Notes under the pieces: generated by a model
The model's database searches: none
The model's input: only the letters and a program-made list of their open reading frames with translations
What the model was told of the DNA's origin: nothing
Position numbers and translations under genes: made by a program
Assembly: GCA_039194325.1 (NCBI GenBank)
Contig: JBCCWC010000005.1
Coordinates: forward strand, 64,001 to 128,000
Length of the DNA stretch: 64,000 bases
Direction of reading: 5' to 3'
Source: Myxococcota bacterium
Lineage (GTDB): Bacteria > Myxococcota_A > Polyangia > Nannocystales > Nannocystaceae
Shown: piece by piece, positions 17,208-28,300 of the stretch
Numbering within the stretch: the stretch's first letter is position 1
Layout of the letters: every line of letters starts with the position of its first letter

Positions 17208-18038
17208 GTGAAACCGACGAACCGACGCTTCGAGGATCAGGTAGTGCTCATCACGGGGGCCTCGGCCGGGATCGGGGCCGCGAGCGCCCGTCGCTTCGCG
17301 GCCGAGGGCGCGAGCATCGTGCTCGCGGCGCGAGGTCAGCCCGCGCTGGAGAGCCTGGCCGAGGAGCTACGGGCCGCGGGGCATTCGGTCGAGATCGTGC
17401 CGACCGATGTCGCCGATCTCGGGGCGATGCGTCGGCTCGTCGAGCGGGCCGTCGAGTTCAAAGGGCGCCTCGACGTGGTGGTCAACAACGCCGGCGTCAA
17501 CTACCGCGGCGGTCTCGAGCGGCACACCGCCGAGCAGCTGGCCCAGATCGTCGCGGTGAACCTGTCGGCGCCGATCGTGCTGTCGCGCCTGGCCCTGCCG
17601 CACCTGCGGGAGCGCGGCGGAGCGATCGTCAACGTGGCTTCGCTGGCGGGGCGGATCCCGGTGGTGCACGAGGCGACCTACTCGGCCACCAAGTTTGGCC
17701 TGCGAGCGTTCTCTTATGCGCTGGCCGACGAGCTGGCCGAGTCGGGAGTGCGGGTGTCGGCGGTCTCGCCCGGGCCCGTGGATACCGGCTTCATCATGGA
17801 AGAGATCGACACGGTGCCCGACTTGGTCTTCTCCCAGCCGATGAGCAGCGCCGACGAGATCGCTCAGCTGGTGATCGACTGTGCCGCCGACGGCCGGGTG
17901 GAGCGCATGCGTCCCCGCCTGGGCGGCTACATGGCCACGCTCGGCTACCTATTCCCCGGGCTGCGGCGAGCGCTGATTCCCATGCTCGAGCGCAAGGGAC
18001 GAGCGGCGAAGCAAAAGTTCGCCGCCCGCAACCGGTAG
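17208..18038 (+). CDS. SDR family NAD(P)-dependent oxidoreductase
   Basis: TGASAGIG, NNAG, YSATK, PGPVDT. Confidence 0.93.
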   Translation: MKPTNRRFEDQVVLITGASAGIGAASARRFAAEGASIVLAARGQPALESLAEELRAAGHSVEIVPTDVADLGAMRRLVERAVEFKGRLDVVVNNAGVNYRGGLERHTAEQLAQIVAVNLSAPIVLSRLALPHLRERGGAIVNVASLAGRIPVVHEATYSATKFGLRAFSYALADELAESGVRVSAVSPGPVDTGFIMEEIDTVPDLVFSQPMSSADEIAQLVIDCAADGRVERMRPRLGGYMATLGYLFPGLRRALIPMLERKGRAAKQKFAARNR

Positions 18039-18063
18039 CCCACTTTGGCAATTCACGGGGTCG

Positions 18064-19677
18064 CTAAGGCACGTCGACCAGCACCCCGCGGCTCTCCACC
18101 CCGCTGCGGGCCGCCGCACTTACCGCCCAGGTGCCGCTGGATAGCTCGAAGGTATCGGTGCCCACAGGCACGATGTCCACCAGCTCGAAGCCCGAGCCGG
18201 CGTCCTCGTACACGACCCACGCTCGCAGCGGGGTCTCGTCTTGGGCGCTGAGCGTGACGCTGGCGCCGTCTTGCTCCACCCAGGGCGGGGCGATCGACTC
18301 GCCGATCTTCGCGGCCAGCGGGGGCGTGAGCACTGGCCCGTCGTAGAAGTTGTCGACGATGGCGGTACCCACCCCGTAGGCGTCGCTGACCAAGGGCCCG
18401 ATGTGGAAGTAGATGTTGCCCATCGAGCCCAAGTCGCGATAGGTCCGCGATAGCTCCACCTGGGTGAGGATCTCGTCCACCGACCACGCCGCGCTGGAAC
18501 CTATCTGCGAGAGGTAGTTGCCGGTGAAGATGTAGCGACCCTCGGAGGTCATGCTCGACCACCACTCCAGCAGGGGCTCATAAGCCTGCTGGGTCTGGGT
18601 GGTCGGCCAGTACAGCTGCGGCGCGAGATAGTCGACCCAGCCCTCGTCCATCCACCGCAGGGGATCGGCGAAGATCTCCGCATACTGGTCAAGGCCTACG
18701 ATCCCTGGCGGCATGCCGGGGCGATAGATCCCAAAGGGAGAGATCCCAAAGCGCACGTGATCGCGGGTGCCTACGATCGACTCGTAGAGCACCTCGACCA
18801 GCGAGTCGACGTTCTCCCGCCGCCAGTCGTCCAGCGCGAGCATCCCGCCTCCGTTCATGTAGGCCTGGTAGGTCGAGTTGTCCGGGAAGGGGCTGCCGTT
18901 GGGGTAGGGATAGAAGTAGTCGTCGAAGTGGATCCCATCGACGTCGTAACGGTCGACCACGTCGAGGATCACGTCGATCGTACGATCCTGTACCGGCTCG
19001 GCCCCGGGATCCATCCACAGGAAGTTGCCGTACTCGTACGCATACTCGGGCTCGACCAGCGCGATGTGACCCGGGGCCAGGCTGGACGCCAGGCTCGCCT
19101 TGGCCCGGTAGGGGTTGAGCCAGGCGTGGACCTCGATCCCCAGGGGGTGGGCTTGGTCGATGAGATACTGCAGCGGGTCGAACCCGGGGTCCTCACCCTG
19201 CGAGCCCATCAAGTAACGGCTCCACGGCTCGAGCATAGACGCGTAGAAGGCATCAGACTCGGGGCGGATCTGAAAGACGACGGCGTTGAGGTTGTGAAAC
19301 ACCAACACGTCGAGCAGGTCGTCGAGCTCCTGCTGCTGCGCCTTTGCCGACAAGCCCGGCGTGCTCGGGTAGTTGATGTTGCTGACCGTGGCCACCCACG
19401 CGCCCCGAAACTCGCGCTCGTGCGCCACGTTGACCAGCGGCTGCTCGGGGAGCTGGTCGGTGTCGCCCGAGGAGCCGCTGCCATCGGGCGGCGGGCCGCT
19501 CGGATCCCCCCCGGTCGGGTCGGACGACCCGTCACTGCCGGGCATCGGCCCGGCGTCGCTGCCGTTACTCTCGGTCGGACCGTCCCACGGCTCGGCTGTG
19601 CCGTCCTCTGTGCAGCCACCGATCAACATCGCGCCCAACAGGCACGACGAGCTCCACTGTCGTGTTTGTCTCCGCAT
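18064..19677 (-). CDS. GHL10/DUF187 glycoside hydrolase lipoprotein (YddW/DigH-like)
   Basis: REFRGAWVATVSNINYP, EVHAWLNPYR, YDVDGIHFDDYFYPY, FGISPFG, DYLAPQLYW; lipobox IGGC; start approximate. Confidence 0.9.
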   Translation of the reverse strand: MRRQTRQWSSSCLLGAMLIGGCTEDGTAEPWDGPTESNGSDAGPMPGSDGSSDPTGGDPSGPPPDGSGSSGDTDQLPEQPLVNVAHEREFRGAWVATVSNINYPSTPGLSAKAQQQELDDLLDVLVFHNLNAVVFQIRPESDAFYASMLEPWSRYLMGSQGEDPGFDPLQYLIDQAHPLGIEVHAWLNPYRAKASLASSLAPGHIALVEPEYAYEYGNFLWMDPGAEPVQDRTIDVILDVVDRYDVDGIHFDDYFYPYPNGSPFPDNSTYQAYMNGGGMLALDDWRRENVDSLVEVLYESIVGTRDHVRFGISPFGIYRPGMPPGIVGLDQYAEIFADPLRWMDEGWVDYLAPQLYWPTTQTQQAYEPLLEWWSSMTSEGRYIFTGNYLSQIGSSAAWSVDEILTQVELSRTYRDLGSMGNIYFHIGPLVSDAYGVGTAIVDNFYDGPVLTPPLAAKIGESIAPPWVEQDGASVTLSAQDETPLRAWVVYEDAGSGFELVDIVPVGTDTFELSSGTWAVSAAARSGVESRGVLVDVP

Positions 19678-19820
19678 CCCACCGCGGAGTATAAAGCCAT
19701 ACATCCAGCTCTGCGCGTTCGACGGGTGTGAGCCGGCGAGAGGCGAAAAGGGCGCGTTCAACGAAAGGGCGGGAGCCTTGGTCGCCGAATGGCATTGGGT
19801 GGCGCGGAAACGAGGTGGGC

Positions 19821-20477
19821 ATGCGAGTCGGCCGGGCGCTGTCTATCCTGCCGATGGTGTCCATGAGGCCGTTTGGGTGGAGCCGGCGCCGGCTGGTGAT
19901 CGGGCTGTTGTGCCTGGCGGCATGTGGCCAGATCGAGTCCGAGGAGGCCGCCGAGGTCGCCGATGCCACCCGGCGGACGGTCTCGCGGGGGGTCGACCAG
20001 GCCCAGCGAGCCATGGACCGCGTCGACATGGACAAGGTGCGTCGGGCGTGGAACGCCGCGGTCGACGCTTTTCGAGAGGCCGGGTCTTCCGCGCCGGCCG
20101 AGCCCGAGGTCGATCCGCTGGCCGGGGTGGCCGAGGCGATTGTCTGCGATGCGCCTGGTGAACACTGCACCGTGACCGCGCAGTTCGTGGCCCGGGCGCG
20201 GCAGCATCCGAGGCGCCTGGCCCGTCAGGTGCGGGTGAGCCCGATCAAGGACCGCGGCCAAGCCTCGGGGATCCGCCTCGACGCGATCGATCCGGGCAGT
20301 GTCACCGAGCGACTCGGGCTTCGCAGCGGCGACGTGGTCACCCACGTCAACCGGATCCCGCTGGGCTCGGTGCAGGATGCGATGAAGCTCTACCTCCAGG
20401 TACGCGCCGCTCGTCGCTTCGTGGTGGACTACCAGCGCGGCGGGCAACAGCGGGTGCTGGTGGTCGAGGTGGTGTAG
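19821..20477 (+). CDS. PDZ-domain lipoprotein resembling the C-terminal PDZ of GspC
   Basis: LAAC lipobox; GIRLDAIDPGS..LGLRSGDVVTHVN..RGG PDZ pattern; start uncertain. Confidence 0.7.
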   Translation: MRVGRALSILPMVSMRPFGWSRRRLVIGLLCLAACGQIESEEAAEVADATRRTVSRGVDQAQRAMDRVDMDKVRRAWNAAVDAFREAGSSAPAEPEVDPLAGVAEAIVCDAPGEHCTVTAQFVARARQHPRRLARQVRVSPIKDRGQASGIRLDAIDPGSVTERLGLRSGDVVTHVNRIPLGSVQDAMKLYLQVRAARRFVVDYQRGGQQRVLVVEVV

Positions 20478-20493
20478 CTCGGCTGGTCGTTGG

Positions 20494-22179
20494 TCACGGC
20501 CGCTCGCAGTATCCGCTGACTTCGCTGCACGCATAGCCCAGATCGCCGAGCAGGTCGTCTTGGCAATCTTCCGCCTCTGCACATGGGCTCTGGCAGGTGC
20601 CGACGATGCAGGCCCAGCCATCAAGCGGCGGGCACAGCAGAGTCTCTTCGTCATCGACGACGAGGGTCACGCATGCCGGGGCGCAATCGGCATCGGCCTC
20701 GCACTCGCGGCACGACTCGGGGAGGTCTGCGTCATCGCCGGTACGGGGCAGCAGGATGTTGTCGATCTCGTTCGGGGCCATGACTTGCGCCGCCCCGACG
20801 TTGGAGAAGCACACCTCGCCGGCGGCCGAGAGCGCCTCGACCTCCATGAAGTATCCGCCCCAGGTCAGCGTCTGGGTGAAGACCTGACTGCGGCAGGGGA
20901 TGATCGTTGGGCCCTCCAGCACTGTACCGTCGTCGATCTGGATGGGGGTCGTGACTGGCTCCATGCGGCTGTCGAACAAGGTTACCCGTAGATCGGTGAT
21001 CTCAAGCGTGCCGCGATCGTGCTTGCCCACCATCTGCTCGGGGGTCTCGCCGTCGACGGCCAGCGCGCACGAGAAGCGCACATTGCCCTCGCGGCCCAGC
21101 TCGCCGACGAAACCGGTATTGAAGATGATAGGTCCCACCACCGGCTCGAGGAAGGTCTCGGGCCCGAAGTCGACCGCGGCTTGCACGAAGTTGTTGCCCG
21201 GGGTCAGCTCTTGCTCGAAGGACTGAAGCTGGGTGATCGGCACACCAGCGCCGTTGACCCCGACGACGTGGAATCGCGCCAGGCCTACCGGCAGGGACGT
21301 CGCAAAACGATAGGGGGACTCGAGCTGGCACGTATCGTCGAAGATGAGGATGTCTGTATCCGACAGCTCTTCGAGTTGTTCGTTATCGGTCCACTCGTCG
21401 CGGTCGAACCACACCTGGATCCGGCTGAAGCCCGGAATGTTCGGACACTCGATGTTGGGGTTTTGGGCCAGCAGGGACACCTCGAGCTGAAGGTCGGTCA
21501 CCCCCACCGGGAGCCCCTCGGTGCCGTCCGCGAGCGCGAACACGCACGAGGGGTCGCCATCGTCGACCCGCCCGTCGCGGTCGTTGTCGATCCCGTCCTC
21601 GCACTCGAGAGGCGGGTCGAGGGTGAAGACCAGCGGCTCACTGGCTGTCTCCCCCTCAGGAGCGCTCGCGGCAGCGCCTTGTTCTTCGCTGCACCCGCCG
21701 CCTACACTCAGCCGCAGGCAGTCGCAGACCCGCTCGCCCGGACGGCACTCGGGCGGCTCGCTGTCGCCGGGATCGCCGGGGGAGCAGCCCGGGTGCTCGA
21801 CCGGTTCGTCGTCGAACACGGCCGGCTCCGGGTCGTCCCACGGGGTCAAGGAGCGATCGATGCCCCGTAGCTCGATCGCGTAGCACCCACGGGGCAGCGC
21901 CCAGCCGGCCACTCGACCGTCGTCCCCCTCGAGGCCCTCGGGGAAGCAGGGATAGATCCGCTCGTTGACGAGCCCGATGGGCTCGCCACTGTCGTCGAGC
22001 TCATTGGGGCCGTTCAAAGCCCGGGCCCGCACCTGGAGCACCCCGGACTCGGAGCAGGCGGCCACGCTCGCTCCCGGCCGGCCTTCGATCGTCCAGCGCA
22101 GCTCGAAGCTGGGAGTCTCGGCACAGGCGGTCAGTCCGCCGAGGGTCAGGAGCGCTGCGATATGGCTACGCGTGGGCAT
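20494..22179 (-). CDS. Lipoprotein with three Cys-paired beta-rich modules and a CxDGxDNDxDG motif
   Basis: Lipobox LTAC, ELRW start of module, CEDGIDNDRDGRVDDGDPSC, Cys-rich tail. Confidence 0.75.
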   Translation of the reverse strand: MPTRSHIAALLTLGGLTACAETPSFELRWTIEGRPGASVAACSESGVLQVRARALNGPNELDDSGEPIGLVNERIYPCFPEGLEGDDGRVAGWALPRGCYAIELRGIDRSLTPWDDPEPAVFDDEPVEHPGCSPGDPGDSEPPECRPGERVCDCLRLSVGGGCSEEQGAAASAPEGETASEPLVFTLDPPLECEDGIDNDRDGRVDDGDPSCVFALADGTEGLPVGVTDLQLEVSLLAQNPNIECPNIPGFSRIQVWFDRDEWTDNEQLEELSDTDILIFDDTCQLESPYRFATSLPVGLARFHVVGVNGAGVPITQLQSFEQELTPGNNFVQAAVDFGPETFLEPVVGPIIFNTGFVGELGREGNVRFSCALAVDGETPEQMVGKHDRGTLEITDLRVTLFDSRMEPVTTPIQIDDGTVLEGPTIIPCRSQVFTQTLTWGGYFMEVEALSAAGEVCFSNVGAAQVMAPNEIDNILLPRTGDDADLPESCRECEADADCAPACVTLVVDDEETLLCPPLDGWACIVGTCQSPCAEAEDCQDDLLGDLGYACSEVSGYCERP

Positions 22180-22201
22180 CAAAGAGCGCCAATTGCGAGT
22201 T

Positions 22202-23056
22202 CTAGCCGCCGCAGAGCAGGTTGGCAAGGTCGATGACACTGCTCGCACCTTCGCGATCCCGTAGGTTCACCGACTGGGTGCCACAGCTGGCCCCATCGAC
22301 CACGATCTCCAGCCGATAGTCCCCGCGGTCGAGGCCTTCAAAGACGTGGGTCCCGCTCAGCTCGGGCGAGCACGCGGTGGCCTCGCCGCCCACCGTCAAG
22401 CCGCGGTCGCTGGACAGGGAGCGACGATAGAGCAGCAGGCTTTGCTCTGCGTTGGGGGTGTAGTCGGCCAGGTCGTTCTCGGGGGTGGCATAGTAGAGGG
22501 CCAAGGTCATCGACTCGCAGGCGTCGGCCCCACGCAGCTCGACGTTCCAGTCGACCGGGGCTCGTGAGAGCTCCCAGGTGGCGACGGTGATGATCCGCTC
22601 CTCCACCGTGACGTCGCGGGTCTCTACTTGCTCGCTCACGATCGCATTTTGGGCATCGTCGACCGCGTGCATGGTGACCGTGTACGGGCCCGGGTCGAGC
22701 GGGATGAAGGCGTTGGAGGCCTCGGTCTGCAGGGCGTTCGCCGTCTGGTAGCCCTCGAGGCAATCGAAGCGGAAGATCCCGCGGCGTCGAGGGCTGTCTT
22801 GATCTTCGACCTCGACCGCGATCTGCTCGGTGAGCGCTCCGGCACACGATCGCACCATGACGCTATTGTCCTCGTCGGCCTCGCCATCAGCCGGATCGTC
22901 GCTCTCCCCCTCGGACTGGTCGTGCTCGACGAAGCGCCACGACAGCTCCATGCCCGTGGGATCGCTGGTCGGGTAGACACAACCAGCGAGCGTCAGGCCG
23001 AGCACCGCGAGAAGGACCGAGGGCCTCGCGGCGACGACGGGGCAAGGTTCAGGCAC
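22202..23056 (-). CDS. Lipoprotein with two Cys-paired modules
   Basis: Lipobox LAGC, ELSWRF; GTG start overlaps the stop of the upstream gene. Confidence 0.72.
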   Translation of the reverse strand: MPEPCPVVAARPSVLLAVLGLTLAGCVYPTSDPTGMELSWRFVEHDQSEGESDDPADGEADEDNSVMVRSCAGALTEQIAVEVEDQDSPRRRGIFRFDCLEGYQTANALQTEASNAFIPLDPGPYTVTMHAVDDAQNAIVSEQVETRDVTVEERIITVATWELSRAPVDWNVELRGADACESMTLALYYATPENDLADYTPNAEQSLLLYRRSLSSDRGLTVGGEATACSPELSGTHVFEGLDRGDYRLEIVVDGASCGTQSVNLRDREGASSVIDLANLLCGG

Positions 23057-23612
23057 AGTCGCACTCCTCCAGGTCGAGGCGCTCGCCACCGTTGCGGTCG
23101 ACGTCGACCGCGATCTGGTAGACCTGCAGATCGATGACGCGCCCCGCTTCGACCACGCGCTCGCGGGCCGAGGGCACGGCGAGGCAGGTGGGCGCCGCAT
23201 CACGGCACTGCGTGCCCGTGGAGGGAATGCCGATCACGGCCCGTAGCTCGAAGCGATAGGGAGCGTCGGCGTCGGAGGCCGGCACCTCGGGTTCGTTGCC
23301 GCGGGCCGAGTTGCATGCAAAGAGGCGGGGCGGGAGTACCTGGCATTCCTCGGCGTCGCAGCCCGCTTCGCAGGCCGGGTCGCAGATCTGCAGCTCGACC
23401 CGCAGGTCGTAGGAGACGGCCTGCTCGCCCACCTCCCCGGGCAGCGCACACGAATCGCGCTCGTCGTCGACCGAGAACACACCACCTGGATAGATCGGAT
23501 CACCGTCGCGATCGACGAAGACCCAGGCAAGCTCGACCGAGCCCGTGGCGTCGCCGCAGGCGCCGAGCAGCGCGGTGGCGACGAGCAGCGCCTGCGAGGC
23601 CCGGGAGCGCAT
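23049..23612 (-). CDS. Lipoprotein with one Cys-paired module
   Basis: MRSRASQALLVATALLGAC lipobox, ELAWVF. Confidence 0.72.
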   Translation of the reverse strand: MRSRASQALLVATALLGACGDATGSVELAWVFVDRDGDPIYPGGVFSVDDERDSCALPGEVGEQAVSYDLRVELQICDPACEAGCDAEECQVLPPRLFACNSARGNEPEVPASDADAPYRFELRAVIGIPSTGTQCRDAAPTCLAVPSARERVVEAGRVIDLQVYQIAVDVDRNGGERLDLEECDCA

Positions 23613-23716
23613 CGGCCCCAGCCTAGCAGGCGTGAGCATGCGCGGAGATTGCGCAATCGTGCTCCCGCAGGAGTTCGCCGCTATCGTCGAGCGACAGAAA
23701 AGACGCTGTATCGCAC

Positions 23717-25111
23717 TCAACCCACCGGCGGGGGCGGGGGCGGGGGCGCGTCGTGACAGACGCCGATCTCGAGGATGATGTACAGCAAGATCAGCTCCTG
23801 CGGCGTGAGCCCGGCGTGCTCGAATTCGGCGGTGTGATAGGTGCTGAACATCATGCGCCCACATCCGTACTCGGCGCTGATCGTCATGGGTCGCAGCTTG
23901 TTGCCGGGGTTGCAGGACAGGCAGGGGCCCTCGACCCACGCGTGGTGACCCACGTCCACCTGCTCGCCCTCGTCGTTGACCGCCATCACCGGGGGGATCG
24001 AGTCGATCCCCGACCAATTGTCGATGAGGTCTACGGTGGGTAGCGACAGCAGGTTGGGTTGACCGCCCCCGATGTCCTTGAGCGGGGCAGGCAGCGCCTC
24101 GAGCCACGCCAGCAGACCCTGGTCGAGCACGAAGGCGGTGGTGTCGTAGGCGGGGATCAGGTCGGGGTCGAAGCCTTGCCCGTACAAGGTCTGGTAGTTG
24201 GGGAAGACGTCGTACAGGTACTCGTTGGCCCAGTCGGTCACGTACCACTTGCCACCCTCGGCGACCCACTGACGAATATTCTCGATCCGCTGGGGGTTGA
24301 GCGCGCCCATACCATCCTGGGCCATGCAGGGCACGAAGATGATGTGGTACTGCCGCATCGCGTCGAGATCATCGAGCAGCGCGCCACCGTCGAGCTCGGA
24401 GATTAGGTCGAAGTTCTGAGTGCCGTCGACCAGGCCGCCATTGCCGGTGACCTCGCCCATGCCGATCTTGGCCAGGATGTCGAAGATGCTGTCGGTGCCG
24501 GTCTCGACCACCGCGATGCGGGGGATCCACAGACCGGCGGCCGGATTCCACTCTCCGGGAAGGTTGCTCGACGCAGCAGGCACCACGCTGTCGCCCTCGG
24601 CCACGTCGATGTCGGCCACGTGCAAGAACTGCCCCTTTTGCACCACCAACTTCTGGCCCGCCCCGGCCAAAGCGGGCAGCTCGAAGGTCCCGTCGGGGTT
24701 GGTGAGCACGAAGTGTTCGTTGCACGCCACCTGCACGCACTCGGCACAGTAGACGCCGTCGGGCACGGGCTCGGCGTCGCCGTCGGTCACGTAGACCAGC
24801 GCCCCGCTGATCGGGATCTCCAGGTTGGGCGCATAGACGGTCCCGGTGAGAGTGGCGTTGGTCGGCATCGGGTCGCAGTTCTCGCCGCCCTCGTCGCCGG
24901 CCTGGCCGGTCGCCGCTCCCACGTCGAGCAGGGGGCCCGTAGTGTCGCCGCCAGGCTCCGCGGTGCTGGTCGAGCCGCCGAGGGGGGGCAAGCCCCCACC
25001 GGTGGGGTTGCTGGACTCCCGGTCGCCCGAGCCCCCGCACGCTCCGCCGAGCACCAGGCCCAGCACCGACGCGATGAACCCAAGCCCTTTGCCATGTCGC
25101 ATGTTCATCAT
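23717..25111 (-). CDS. Lipoprotein with carboxypeptidase-regulatory-like domain and C-terminal alpha/beta domain
   Basis: Lipobox GGAC, LTGTVYAPN..PISGALVY..TNPDGTFEL, FVPC, WVAEGGKWYVTDW. Confidence 0.75.
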   Translation of the reverse strand: MMNMRHGKGLGFIASVLGLVLGGACGGSGDRESSNPTGGGLPPLGGSTSTAEPGGDTTGPLLDVGAATGQAGDEGGENCDPMPTNATLTGTVYAPNLEIPISGALVYVTDGDAEPVPDGVYCAECVQVACNEHFVLTNPDGTFELPALAGAGQKLVVQKGQFLHVADIDVAEGDSVVPAASSNLPGEWNPAAGLWIPRIAVVETGTDSIFDILAKIGMGEVTGNGGLVDGTQNFDLISELDGGALLDDLDAMRQYHIIFVPCMAQDGMGALNPQRIENIRQWVAEGGKWYVTDWANEYLYDVFPNYQTLYGQGFDPDLIPAYDTTAFVLDQGLLAWLEALPAPLKDIGGGQPNLLSLPTVDLIDNWSGIDSIPPVMAVNDEGEQVDVGHHAWVEGPCLSCNPGNKLRPMTISAEYGCGRMMFSTYHTAEFEHAGLTPQELILLYIILEIGVCHDAPPPPPPPVG

Positions 25112-25331
25112 GGATCTGCCCTCCAGTCGCACCTCGTCGTGCAGCCTCGCACCCCCAGGTTAACGCAAGTCGTGGCGTCTTTGCGTGTGAGGTCACCCGT
25201 TGAGCACGGGGTTGGTTCATCGATAGGTGTGCGTCGGATCCGCTTGCTGGATCACGATTGTTTCTTCTCGATCCGGATCGAACGTGTGAATCCAGCCAAA
25301 CGCCCGACGCAGATGACGCTAGAGTAGTCAG

Positions 25332-28300
25332 ATGGGGGCCGAAGGGGCGGAGCGGGGATCGCTCTGGTCGTCGCGGGATGTCGCGGCGACTCGCGAGCTC
25401 GCCTCCAGTCCGACCCGGCCCGAGCTCGGCCTACCGGACCGACCCGATATAGACGACGCATGCGATGCCGTCGACCCGGTCGACCCGGTCGTTCTGGCGG
25501 ATGATCGCTACGAGATCCTCGCGTTGCTGGGCGAAGGTGGCATGGGCGAGGTCTACCGTGCTCGTGACCGCAAGCTGGGGCGAGAGGTCGCGCTCAAGCG
25601 GCTCAAACCCTCGGTGCTCGACCAGCGCGCGCGAGCTCGGCTGTCCCGTGAGGCACAGGCTCTGGCCCAGCTGTCTCACCCCAACGTGGTCGAGGTCTAT
25701 GGGCTCGAGACGGCGGGGGATTTCGTGCTGGTGATGGAGCTGGTGGAGGGATCCACGCTCTCGGGTTGGATGGCCCAAGGACCTCACCCGTGGCCCGAGG
25801 CGCTCGCCGTGCTGTTGCCTGCGGGGCGAGGGCTCGCGGCGGCGCACCAGGCTGGCCTGGTGCATCGTGACTTCAAGCCGGCCAACGTGATGCGGAGCGC
25901 CGAGGCCGATACCGACGGTGGTCGTGTGCGCGTGATGGATTTCGGGCTGGCTCGGCCGCCGGGCGCGTCGCTCGAGGAGGAGCGCTCCGAGCCGTCCGAG
26001 GCGGCCGTGGCGGCGCAGCCATCCTCGGGCGCGTGGGACGAGGCGCTCACCGCGACCGGGATCGTGGTGGGCACGCCGGCCTATATGGCACCCGAGCAGT
26101 TCTTGGATGAGCGAGCCGATGGTCGCGCCGATCAGTACGCCTTTTGCGTGACGCTATGGCAGGCGCTATGCGGGGCGAGGCCCTTCCAGGGCAGCTACAC
26201 CGAGCTGGGCCAGGCCAAGCTCCGCGGGCCTCCGCCATGGCCGCCCCACGTAGACGCTCCGCGGCCCTTGGTGGAGGCGCTTCGCCGGGGCCTGGCCGCC
26301 GATCCGCGGGACCGATGGCCTTCGATGGAGGCGCTGCTCGACCGGTTGGATGCGGTGGCCGCTCCGCGCTCGCGCCTTGCTTGGGGCGGGGCTTGGGGCG
26401 GGGCCGTGGCTGTCGCCGCGCTGGGTACCGTGCTCCTGGGCGTGTGGGGGCAGGGACGCTCGCCGGCGTCCTCGCCCGAGTGCGAGGAGCCGGTGGCCGT
26501 GCGCGATCACCTGTGGAGCGATGAGCATCGCCACGCCATTGCGACGGCGTTGCAGGAGACCGAGGCGCCTCAGTCCGCTGAGATCTGGTCGCGCATGCGT
26601 CCGGCGCTGGACGACTATGCGGAGCGCTGGGCGGAGCGCTGGGGCCGAGCTCGTCACGAAGCCTGTGAGCGCCAGGGGGCGGGGCCGCAAGGCGAGGCCG
26701 CCAACGCCCGCGTGCGCTGTCTCGAGGACCGACGGCGTCGCTTTGAGGCGCGGATCGAAGCCTTGCGCGGGGTGAGCCGGGAACACATGGCCGAGATCGC
26801 ACGCACGGTGGAATCGCTGCCGTCGCTCCGAGCCTGTGACGATGGCACGTGGCAACGCGCTGGGCTGACGCCGCTCGAAGATCCCGCCCTCGCTCGGCAG
26901 GTCGCCACCTTGCGCTCGCGCCTGGCCCGGGCCGAGGCGCTGCGAGACACCGCCCGGTGCTCCGAGGCCGTTGTCGTGCTCGATGAAGTGAGGCCACAGG
27001 TCGATGCGCTTGGCTATCCCCCGCTGCGGGCCGAGCTGCGCTTGGGCGACGGGTTCGCGGCCGAGTGCGCCGGTGAGTACGCTGCGAGCGAGCAGGCCCT
27101 GCGCGAGGCGTACTTCGTGGCCATCGAGCAGGGCTACGATCGTGTCGCCTTCGAGGCCGCGCTCCAGCTGACTCACGTGGCGGGCGTGGCCATGGAGCAG
27201 CATGATGAGGGCATGCAGTGGGTCGAGCACGCCCGGGCCGTGCTGGCGCGCACCGGTAACGATGCCGACCGAGTGCGGCTCGAGGAACGCTTGGGCAGCC
27301 TCCACCACGCAGCGGGCCGCTACGAGGACGCGGTCGAGGCCTATCGCAAGGGCCTGGCCCGGCTCGATGCTGAGCGCGACGCTGGCGACCCCGACGACGC
27401 TGAGGGGTCATCGCCCGATATGCGACGTGCTGTCTTGCTGGCCAGCACCGCGGCCTCGCTGCGAATGCTCGAACGGTTCGAGGAGGCGCAGGCCAGGCTC
27501 GAGCGGAGCATCGCCTTGGCCCGAGAGGTCGCCGGGGACGACGACCCCTTCGTCATCAAGGCCACGACCAACCTGGCCAACGTGCTCAGCAGTCGCGGCG
27601 AGGTCGCCCAAGCCGAGCGCCTCCAGCGAGAGGTGCTCGTGCGGGCCGAGCGGATCTTCGGGTCCGAGCATCCGCAGACCCTTAAGCTGGTGGGTAACCT
27701 GGGCATGTCCCTATCCTTGTTGGGGCAGCTCGAAGAGGCGATCGCGTTCCACCGTCGCTGTCTGGTCGGGATGGAGCAAGTCTACGGACCCGAGCACCCC
27801 GCGGTGGGGATCGCCCTCAACAATCTGGGGATCGATCAGCTCGTGGTGGGTCGTGTCGAAGAGGCGATCGCCAGTCACCGTCGCGCGCTCGAAATACGCG
27901 AGTCTGTGCTGGGGCCCGAGCACGCATGGACCGCCTCCTCGCTCACCAACCTGGCCGATGCCCTCATGGTCCGGGGCGATCACCAGTCCGCCGCGCCCCA
28001 CTATGCGCGGGCGCAGGCCATCATCGAGAAGGTCCTGGGCCCCGATAGTTTGTTCATGTCGTACGCGGTGCTTGGCCTCGGTCGGGCCCATGTGGCGGCG
28101 GGTCGACTCGAGCAGGCGCTCCCGCTGCTCGAGCGCGCGGTGGTGCTGCGGACCCAAAATCCCACCCCGCCTCCCGAGTTCTTTGAGGCCCACTTCGAGC
28201 TGGCCCGGGTCTTGTGGTCGTTGGATCGCGACCGTGACCGGGCCCTACGGCTGGCCACCGAAGGGCTCGCGGCCGTCGAGGCGCTCGGCGGCGAGGTTCG

